DNA from: an uncultured Clostridia bacterium
GTDB taxonomy: Bacteria > Acidobacteriota > Blastocatellia > HR10
Length of the DNA: 64,000 nucleotides
Direction: 5' to 3'
NCBI GenBank assembly: GCA_964615335.1
Contig: CAZTMT010000005.1
Coordinates: 107,104-171,103, forward strand
Both the position numbers and the translations under genes were made by a program. The stretch's first letter is position 1, and the number at the start of each line of letters is the position of its first letter. Below are positions 47,292 to 55,061 of the stretch, in pieces. Under the pieces are notes generated by a model that saw only the letters and a program-made list of their open reading frames with translations, ran no database searches and had not been told where the DNA came from.

Positions 47292-48119
47292 ATGAAGATG
47301 CCGATCGAGCTGTGGGGTATCACGATCGTCGCCGGATTTCTCGCGCAGCTTGTGGATGTGACGACGGGAATGGGTTTCGGAGCGATGGCGAGCAGCCTCA
47401 TGCTTGCGACGGGATTGCCTCCCCTTCTTGTCGTCACGACGGCCAATCTCGTGAAGGTCGGCAATGGGCTGCTGGCCGGTCTCTCGCACTGGGGCTTCGG
47501 CAACGTGCGTCGAGACTGGGTGATCCCCCTGGCTGCATCCGGTGTCCTGGGTGCTCTCGCGGGAGCGGCGTGCATCGGTCGGTGGTCCGAGGCGGTCCGC
47601 CTGTGGAGCCCTCTGGTCCTGCTCATTCTCGGAGGGCTCCTCCTCTGCCGCTTTCTCCTGGCCGTGGAAGGGAAGCTCACGGTGGAGATTTTCTCCCCCC
47701 GGAAACCGAAAGAGGATGTCTCGAGGATCTCTTGCGACGGGGAGCAGACCGACAGCTTCGGGCTTTTGATCGGCATCGGGTTTCTGGCCGGTTTCTTCAA
47801 CGCGATGAGCGGCGCGTATGGGCCGCTGGTGACCACGCTCCTTGTGCTCATCCGGCGCGCTCCTGCGCGCTACGTCATTGGGACGGTGAGTCTCGCCGAG
47901 CTGTTTGTCGCTGGTGCCAGTGCGATCGGTTTGCTTCAGGCGCTGGATTCTCGTGCGTTCTCGCTCGGGCTTCCGGCTGCTCTCATGGCCGGAGGGGCGC
48001 TCGCCTCTCCCCTGGGAGCATATCTCTGTCGCTATCTCCCGGGACGCGTTCTGGAAGGCTTCGTGGGCCTTGCTGTCGTGAGCCTCAATCTCTGGAATGT
48101 ACTGCATCTGCCGCGCTGA
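47292..48119 (+). CDS. TauE/SafE-family sulfite exporter-like membrane protein (DUF81)
   Basis: Eight predicted TM helices with the internal duplication typical of TauE/SafE. Located in the sulfur assimilation cluster. Confidence 0.75.
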   Translation: MKMPIELWGITIVAGFLAQLVDVTTGMGFGAMASSLMLATGLPPLLVVTTANLVKVGNGLLAGLSHWGFGNVRRDWVIPLAASGVLGALAGAACIGRWSEAVRLWSPLVLLILGGLLLCRFLLAVEGKLTVEIFSPRKPKEDVSRISCDGEQTDSFGLLIGIGFLAGFFNAMSGAYGPLVTTLLVLIRRAPARYVIGTVSLAELFVAGASAIGLLQALDSRAFSLGLPAALMAGGALASPLGAYLCRYLPGRVLEGFVGLAVVSLNLWNVLHLPR

Positions 48120-48140
48120 GCCTCTGGCGCGACAAGAGCG

Positions 48141-48990
48141 TTACGCTGTTCTCCGTTCGGCGAGCTTGGCTTTCTTCTCCTTGAGAAGGGCCAGATGGCG
48201 ACGCGCGTAGGCGATCTGGGCCAGAAGGCGCAGCGGAGGATTCTCCAGTTGAGAGAGGAGAAGCAGCGTTCGCGCCGGATCCACTTCCGTGAGCGCGCTG
48301 ACTGTGCGGTCGAGCATCCGCATGATGTCCCGTTCGGCGAGGCCGATGATTATCCCCATGGCCTTGACCTTGAATTGAAAACTGGCTCCCCGCATCTCGG
48401 CCAAGATCTCCGGCGGACGAAGCGAACTCACCGTGTGGGCGAACGCCTCGAAGGCGCGCTCCCCATCCAGTGGGAGCCATGCTTCGACCAGAAGCAGAAG
48501 CGCGCGAGCCTTCTCCACCGATGTCGGGAGCCGTCGAATCTTCGCCTCCGCTTCCTGCAAGACCGAGAGCGCTGCCTCCTTCTCCTTGCGCTCCGCGAGC
48601 TGTCGGGCCAGCGCGCTGAAGGCATACGCGAGTCGCTCCGGGTTGTTCAGCTCCAGGGCCGTTCGGCGCGCCGTCTCGAAATCCCCTTCGGCGCGCGCGC
48701 TCGCTCCAGCGGAGGAAGACGTAATCGGAGGCCTCTGCCCGAAGGTTCAGATCCCCGAGGCGGGCGACCAGGCTCGTGGCGCTCTGGAAGTCCTTCGCCC
48801 TTAAGGCCTCAAGGATCGCCTGAAGGAGGAACATATCTCGCTCCTCGGCATCTTTGGTCTGTTCGGCGCGCCGCGTGAGGTCAGCGATTTTCTCCTCGGG
48901 AGTGAGCGTTTCCCGTGGAGGGGAAGTCTCGGTCGTCGCGGGTTCGCGGGGGGGAAGGGCGAAGGAGATCTGATTCAGAAGCGCATCCAC
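48141..48990 (-). pseudogene. Hypothetical helical-repeat protein with apparent +1 frameshift in a (GC)n run near 48700 (pseudogene or sequence error)
   Basis: Track ORF 48085..48990 is protein-like only in its N-terminal ~95 aa and then becomes G/R/A/S-rich junk. Track ORF 48141..48560 (TTG start) is protein-like and stays protein-like when extended upstream in its own frame (…ARAEGDFETARRTALELNNPERLAYAFSALARQL…). The two frames meet at gagcGCGCGCGCcgaag. The N-terminal frame is also open upstream to 49077. Confidence 0.45.
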
Positions 48991-49255
48991 TTGTGCGACG
49001 CGATCGGGCAGATACTGGAGGACATGGGGGTTGAAACTGCTCCCTAAGAAGTTGACGACACGGGACAGATCGGTTGGTTATTCTATCCACATGAAGCTGA
49101 GCGAATTGCGCTCGCTCTGGCCGGGCAGGGGGCCGGCCAGCTACCGCCAGTTCGGCGGGAAGTGACGCCTGTGGAGATGGGAGGCTGCAGGCCGTAAGGC
49201 CAGTGCCCGTCGATGAAGCAGGAAGCAACTAAGACAAGTGTCATGGGACATTTGT

Positions 49256-49978
49256 CTATGAGTTGCAGAACGGCTGCGTGACTCCTTCGCTCAGGGCCGC
49301 CGCGGCCGCTTCGCTCGCCTTCTTGGGATCGTGCTCGAGCAAGACATTGGCCAGGTTCACGAGCGCTTGCGCGCGTTCGGATCCCGCGGCTTGGCGCATC
49401 TGGCGCTCTTCCAGGCTCTCTTCCCGCCTGGGCTCTTGCTCCGGCTCTATGCTCTTGGCCATCTCCGTGGCGAAAAGAGGGTCGAGCTTCGCCACCCGGT
49501 TCAGGATTTCCGTCCGCAGAACATCGGGAGCGCGCGTGCTCCCAAGCCAGGCGCGGAGACCTCGCGGACGCCCCGGAGTCGGGACCTGCTGGGTTCCCTC
49601 AAAAGCTTCGCGGAAGAGGCGGCGAGCCAGCGGCTCGTTCGGCTCCCACAGAGCTTCGGCGATCGCCGCCAGGCTGCGAACGCGCACCACGGGATCGCCG
49701 ATGTCTTCAGCGAGATCCCGAGCATAGAGGAGGAGTTGTATGACCTGCTGGATCTCCCGCTCGAGGACTTCACGTTCTTCCTCAAGCTCTTTCGCCGGAG
49801 CTTTCTCCTGCTGAGCCGGAGGTCGGGAAGGGGCTTGCTGCCCCCACAGGAGAGCACCTCCCCAACCCGTGAGAGAGAACGTCAAAAGCCCGATGAGTAC
49901 ATTGCTCAGTAGCCGACACGGTGTGCTTTGAGCCATGGCTTTCGTCCTCCTTGTCGGGGCTTGACGTTTTTCATTCAC
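49256..49978 (-). CDS. Hypothetical membrane-anchored helical-repeat protein
   Basis: Signal anchor (LLSNVLIGLLTFSLTGWGGALLW), then an acidic coiled coil and helical repeats. 240 aa. Confidence 0.55.
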   Translation of the reverse strand: MNEKRQAPTRRTKAMAQSTPCRLLSNVLIGLLTFSLTGWGGALLWGQQAPSRPPAQQEKAPAKELEEEREVLEREIQQVIQLLLYARDLAEDIGDPVVRVRSLAAIAEALWEPNEPLARRLFREAFEGTQQVPTPGRPRGLRAWLGSTRAPDVLRTEILNRVAKLDPLFATEMAKSIEPEQEPRREESLEERQMRQAAGSERAQALVNLANVLLEHDPKKASEAAAAALSEGVTQPFCNS

Positions 49979-50073
49979 GCGGGTCTTCGCTTCTGGGTTC
50001 CACAGATTCGCTTCCCCGGCCGGAGCGCAGTATACTACCGAAGTTCGCCGAAGGTAAGACAGTGAGTGCCGAA

Positions 50074-50748
50074 ATGCGAGAACGGGTTCTCATCTCCTGG
50101 AGCGGGGGCAAGGACAGCGCGATGGCTCTCTGGGAGATTCAGAAGGCAGGAGCTTATGAGGTCGTCGCGCTTCTGGCGACGGTGACCCAGAATTACGACC
50201 GCGTGAGCATGCATGGGGTTCGCCGGACGCTTCTGGCGGCGCAAGCGCACGCTGTGGGCGTGCCTGTTCACGAAGTCTTTCTCCCTCCGAACGCGAGCAA
50301 TTCGGAATATGAGGCCCGGCTGGAAGCCGCTCTCCGACCGTATCAGGAGGCGGGTGTGCGCTCGGTTGTCTTCGGCGATATTTTCCTGGAAGATCTGCGG
50401 CAGTATCGCGAGGCGCATCTGGCCCGGATCGGGATGCGCGGTCTTTTCCCCCTCTGGAAGCGCGACACAGGCGAGCTTGTGCGCGCATTTCTCGCTGCCG
50501 GCTTTCGCGCCGTCATCGTCTGCGTGGACACGCGTGTCCTGGATGCCTCCTTTGCCGGTCGCCTGATTGATGAGAGTTTCCTGACCGATCTCCCCTCAGG
50601 CGTTGATCCCTGCGGCGAGCGGGGCGAATTCCACTCCTTCGTCTTTGAGGGGCCCATCTTCCGAGAACCCGTGCGCTTCGTCCTCGGTGAAGCCGTCATG
50701 CGCGAGAACTTCTGTTTTCGCGATCTCCTGCCGGAGACTTCCGAATGA
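50074..50748 (+). CDS. Dph6-related ATP pyrophosphatase (MJ0570-family PP-loop ATPase)
   Basis: ISWSGGKDS PP-loop at the N-terminus. C-terminal E-GE-HS/T motif (CGERGEFHSFV). Start at the internal ATG of track ORF 49921..50748. Confidence 0.75.
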   Translation: MRERVLISWSGGKDSAMALWEIQKAGAYEVVALLATVTQNYDRVSMHGVRRTLLAAQAHAVGVPVHEVFLPPNASNSEYEARLEAALRPYQEAGVRSVVFGDIFLEDLRQYREAHLARIGMRGLFPLWKRDTGELVRAFLAAGFRAVIVCVDTRVLDASFAGRLIDESFLTDLPSGVDPCGERGEFHSFVFEGPIFREPVRFVLGEAVMRENFCFRDLLPETSE

Positions 50749-50868
50749 GGGATTTCGGGAAGCGCACGAGATCTTCATCGCGCAGCGAGTCCCGAACTCC
50801 CGTTCATGGGGGAGAAGGCCTCTTCCGCTCTTACGACGCATAAGGCCTTCTCCCGCTATACGTTCATC

Positions 50869-52620
50869 TTACGGTCGCTTCCTGTTGCCGAAGTCCCGAT
50901 GAGTGATGACTTCTCTGGGGTCCAGGTCTACGGTGTGCGTTCCCGGAGCGGGCGGATAAGTTTGCGTCCAGCCAGACTGCGAGACTTCGGAGACGGTGTA
51001 TCTTCCCGGTGGCAGATCGCGGAAGCAATAAGCCCCATACCGGTCCGTGGTCTCCGTTCTCACGACCATTCCCTGGTCATCGCGCAGGACGATGGTCCAT
51101 CCGGCCAGCGGCCGGTCCTGCGAATCCATTCGCCCATTGCCGTCCACGTCCTCGAACGTGACGCCGCAGATCGTTCCCCCCTCGCAGCAGAGGTCCGGAG
51201 GAGCGGTGACTTCTCCCACCAGGTCGAAGCCCGCTTGAGGTCCAAGGCCCCCGAATCCCGGCAGAAAGCTCGGCGGCCCGCCGGTGATGACGACCTGCAG
51301 GCAATTGAGGCCGGGACGGAATCCGTTGGACACCGTTATCGTCGTGGGGTTCGGCTGCTGGTATGAGCGCGGAGGCGTCACACCGATCTGCGTCCCGTTG
51401 AGGAAAACGATGGCTTCCTCAGCGGCCCAGAGGCTGAGTCGAAGGCTGGCTTTCGGGAGATCATCAGCATCCAGACAGAAGCAGCGCTGGAAGACATATT
51501 GCCCGGTCTGACGAACTCGACCGAGCTGATCCGCCGAGATCCATTCCGATTGGGGCTGCTTCCGCGTCTGGGGATTGGAGATCACCGTCGCCGGACGCGG
51601 TTCCGACGTCCCCGGATCGGGATCTTGAAGGACCAGCCATTCCTCATCATGACCGCTCAGCGGGATCGAAGTCGAGGTGCGCTGATCCCATCCCGTGTTG
51701 AGGTTCTGCGGGCGGTCTTCGCATTCCTTGGCCGCAGCGGCCGCTTGCACGTTCGGGAAGGAGCACATGATGCAGTCATAGCGGTCAATGTCCTGACGGT
51801 ATTCGCAATTGAATTGGCAAGTACCAAGGCCGCAGGAAATCGGTGTCGGCTGGTTCCCCGGAATAGGGATGAATTTGAAGCAGCGCATTGGTCCGGCTTG
51901 CCAACCGGATTGAATGCCCTCCGAAATAGTGTATGGCCCTCGTGAGGGATCCAGGTTGTAGAAGCAATACATCCCCCATGGGTTCGTCTGGGTCGTCACC
52001 GTATTACCGCCCGCATCGGTGAGAGTGATCGTCCAGTTCGGAAGAAGCGGCTCATTACCATCCCATTTGCCGTTGCCGTTCAGATCTTCGAACTTTTGTC
52101 CGCAGACCCAGCATCCCTGTGGGCATGTGAGGGGCACAGTGGTCGAACAGGTCGTCTCTATTGGGCCTGTGACGCTCCACTGGATGGTGAGTGTGGCTGA
52201 GGTGTTGTTCTGGAAATCCAGACAGAATCGCCCAATGTTCGTCGTCCCGGAAGGGATTGGGCCCGGCGAGTAGCTGAGCGTAAGAGATGAAGTGGGAAAG
52301 GTAGGGGAACCAGTGACCGTCCATCCAGAAGCCAGGGTCATTCCGAGGAAGTCACGGTTGGCCGTGAGCTGCAGTGTGGGTTTCAAAGAGAGTCTTGAAG
52401 GAAGCGTATTGTTCACACTCAGGGTCCAGCAACAGGTCGGACCCGTCGGCTGCAGCGAGAAAGTGACGTTCTGTTGGAGCTCCGAACAATAATCCTGACG
52501 AAGGGCGAGAGCTGTTCGAAGCCCTGACGTCCCCACCCGCGACCCCGGGTGGGGACTTGTCCCTGCGATGAGAAGACTCGCCACGGCGAATCCCAGTATG
52601 CTTTCCGTTCGCCACTTCAT
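50869..52620 (-). CDS. Secreted protein with two SdrD B-like/Cna-B-type domains flanking a Cys-rich central region
   Basis: Signal peptide (MKWRTESILGFAVASLLIAG). CGQKFEDLNGNGKWDGNE...WTITL and CGVTFEDVDGNGRMDSQDRPLAGWTIVL...GRYTVSEVSQSGWTQTYP match SdrD-B/Cna-B repeats. The central region holds 10+ Cys. Confidence 0.75.
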   Translation of the reverse strand: MKWRTESILGFAVASLLIAGTSPHPGSRVGTSGLRTALALRQDYCSELQQNVTFSLQPTGPTCCWTLSVNNTLPSRLSLKPTLQLTANRDFLGMTLASGWTVTGSPTFPTSSLTLSYSPGPIPSGTTNIGRFCLDFQNNTSATLTIQWSVTGPIETTCSTTVPLTCPQGCWVCGQKFEDLNGNGKWDGNEPLLPNWTITLTDAGGNTVTTQTNPWGMYCFYNLDPSRGPYTISEGIQSGWQAGPMRCFKFIPIPGNQPTPISCGLGTCQFNCEYRQDIDRYDCIMCSFPNVQAAAAAKECEDRPQNLNTGWDQRTSTSIPLSGHDEEWLVLQDPDPGTSEPRPATVISNPQTRKQPQSEWISADQLGRVRQTGQYVFQRCFCLDADDLPKASLRLSLWAAEEAIVFLNGTQIGVTPPRSYQQPNPTTITVSNGFRPGLNCLQVVITGGPPSFLPGFGGLGPQAGFDLVGEVTAPPDLCCEGGTICGVTFEDVDGNGRMDSQDRPLAGWTIVLRDDQGMVVRTETTDRYGAYCFRDLPPGRYTVSEVSQSGWTQTYPPAPGTHTVDLDPREVITHRDFGNRKRP

Positions 52621-52652
52621 CTTCTCCTTCTCCTTTCCAAGATCGAGATGGT

Positions 52653-53633
52653 TCAGATGCAGAAGCCCACGGAGACGTAGGGCGGAAGAGGGTGAAATGG
52701 ATGGCACAGGAAGCCGATGCATGTGAGAACAAGGACGAAAGGCGGCACAGGGATGAACGTCAGGCTGAAGCTGATCGTGGGCCCGGTGCATCCGGCAAAG
52801 ACCATCGGCTCGACGGGCTCATCCAGAACCGACGTCGCTTGACATGCGGAAGCGGCCGTGAGAGCGAGCGGCTCGCTGGAAGCCGCCACAGGTCCTGCTA
52901 CCGGTTCCATTTGAGCGGGTACCGTGCCCCGGATGTTCCCTAGAGGGTCGCGGAAGCGAATCTGCTGCGCGGTAAAGTCCACCTCCATTCGATAGTTCCC
53001 GGGAGGCAGGAGAGTACTTCCGATCGTCATGGGACTTCCGAGCTGCATGACACCCAAGTTCGAGCCCGCCGTCGTGGCGGGAGCGATCATTATAGGCACG
53101 TTGTTGATCTGGAAGAGCTTGGCTTGATTGGGGTCTACGGGGACGCCTACCTGACTGGCTGCGCTCGAAATCAGGTTTTGCATCTGGGTGAAGAGACCGC
53201 CCGCTTCGCTTTGCAGGCCGCTGAGAAGGATGCGCAGGCAAGACTGCTCCTGAGGCTGGCCAAGCGCGACGGGGAAGAAGGTCGTCGTGAGTGTTTGCTC
53301 GCCGCGTCTCCAACTGATCGTTACATCATTGGGCGTGAGTGTCCCCAAAGCGGGGAATTGCGAGACGGGGAATTGGAAAGTCGTTGTTTGATTAGTAGAC
53401 AATGAGCGCAGGCTCGCTTGAGTGGCAATCGGAAGCCCGTTGAATGTGAGCGTCACGCTCAAGATCTGGATCGTCTCGGGAGACGTGGGCGATCCGCAGA
53501 TGTTCATGATCGTCACCGCAAAGCCCTGTTGCGTTCCGGGCGCTTGGGCCAATGCAACGCGTTGATGCGGGAACCCAAGCCGAAAGCACAGGGCGAGCGT
53601 CAGAAGAAGAGCCCAGGAACTTCGCTTTCGCAT
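52653..53633 (-). CDS. Hypothetical secreted protein with Cys-rich hydrophobic C-terminal segment
   Basis: RBS GGAGGTGG. Signal peptide (MRKRSSWALLLTLALCF). C-terminus ...VLDEPVEPMVFAGCTGPTISFSLTFIPVPPFVLVLTCIGFLCHPF.... Lies 33 bp upstream of the SdrD-like gene. Confidence 0.6.
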   Translation of the reverse strand: MRKRSSWALLLTLALCFRLGFPHQRVALAQAPGTQQGFAVTIMNICGSPTSPETIQILSVTLTFNGLPIATQASLRSLSTNQTTTFQFPVSQFPALGTLTPNDVTISWRRGEQTLTTTFFPVALGQPQEQSCLRILLSGLQSEAGGLFTQMQNLISSAASQVGVPVDPNQAKLFQINNVPIMIAPATTAGSNLGVMQLGSPMTIGSTLLPPGNYRMEVDFTAQQIRFRDPLGNIRGTVPAQMEPVAGPVAASSEPLALTAASACQATSVLDEPVEPMVFAGCTGPTISFSLTFIPVPPFVLVLTCIGFLCHPFHPLPPYVSVGFCI

Positions 53634-53984
53634 AGCTCCACCTCCTCTTGCCATCATTTTTGGCCAGAGTATGGGACGCCCACGAGGCGATGTCAAGTAT
53701 CTTTTGCTCACGAACACAAAAAGGAATGCACGAAGTCGGGAGCAGAAAACGGCTTGAGGTGGGGTCTCCCGAAAGGTTGATCCCCTCACATCTGAGCCTG
53801 CGAATGACGCGTCACGTCGTTCTCGATCCGTCTGAGTCGCCGCAGGTATCATCCGCTCCGCGAAGCTGGGTTGCTGAAGACAGTGGGAGCGCGATTTTCT
53901 CCCGGCGCGAGCGCGCGCTTGCCTTTGGGGCGAGCTCTAGTATAATGCTACATCTGTTGCGTGCGTATGCGGGTGAGAGATCGC

Positions 53985-54494
53985 ATGAAAGCTCCGGTCC
54001 TGGTTCTCAACTCGACCTACGAGCCGATCAACGTCACGACGGCTCGTCGGGCGATCGTGCTCATTTTGAAAGGCACGGCGCGGCCGGAAGAAGTCACATC
54101 GCGGATCGTGCGTTCGGCGCACGTCGTGATTCCTGTTCCCTCAGTGATTCGCCTTCTCGAATACGTGCACATCCCGTTTGAGCGGAAGGAGCTGTCGCGC
54201 AGAAACGTCTTGCTGCGCGATGGATACACCTGCCAGTACTGCGGGCGGAAGCTCCCCTCGTCAGAGCTGACCGTAGATCACGTCATCCCGCGCTCGAAAG
54301 GAGGACGGACATCCTGGGACAATGTGGTCGCCTGCTGTCGCCGGTGCAATGTCCGGAAGGGGAATCGCACGCCGGAGGAGGCGGGGATGACGCTTCTCAA
54401 ACACCCGCGAGCCCTCTCCTGGCGCGTGAGCCATCAGATTCTTGCGCATCTGGGGCGCCAGCAAGAGGCGTGGAAAAAATATCTGTTGCTCTGA
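53985..54494 (+). CDS. HNH endonuclease-family protein
   Basis: CQYCG...[10 protein letters not shown]...[18 protein letters not shown] is the ββα-Me HNH motif with a Cys4 zinc site. An upstream TATAAT sits at about 53936. Confidence 0.85.
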   Translation: MKAPVLVLNSTYEPINVTTARRAIVLILKGTARPEEVTSRIVRSAHVVIPVPSVIRLLEYVHIPFERKELSRRNVLLRDGYTCQYCGRKLPSSELTVDHVIPRSKGGRTSWDNVVACCRRCNVRKGNRTPEEAGMTLLKHPRALSWRVSHQILAHLGRQQEAWKKYLLL

Positions 54495-55061
54495 ACGGCG
54501 CGCTGCGAAAGAGCCTACTGCAGCAAGCGACAGAGAAGAACCCGGGGTGAGGCGAAGCACCCCCCACGTGAGATCGAACCCCGTTCCGCAAAGAGCCCTC
54601 GAAGAAGGCGACAGGAAATAGCCCAGGGTGAAGCGCAAGCGGAACCCCGGGAAACGCGGTCCCCAATTATTCATTCCCGAGCTCGCGCCCGGCGGGCGGC
54701 ACATCGGGTCAAAAGCCTGACGAATCGAAGGAGGCCATTCGTGTATCCCCCGATGTCGTGACCTGGCGTGTGTGAGCCAGACCGGTTGGGTGGCCGCCCG
54801 ATGTGTCGCCCCCTTCGGGGGCTCCATGCGGAAATGGATCGTTCTCGCGATGGGGCTCGCGCGGGCTATGTCGCGCCTTGGGCTATTGGGCAATCGCGCG
54901 TGCGATCTCTGGATGCCCGACGCGCGATTTCCGGACAAGCTCTCGAAGGGCCCTCCGGACCTGGCGCTCACTTGATGACGGGACCTTACGGCCGGCTTCT
55001 CGGGAGTGCTTCTGCCGGAAGCCCCTCCCGCGTGAGAGGAGTTTCCGGCAGAGTGCCGCGA

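Noticed and set aside
54560-54600. tRNA or tRNA-like element (GATCGAACCCCG resembles a T-arm)
   Set aside because: No complete cloverleaf, acceptor stem or anticodon arm can be built on either strand.
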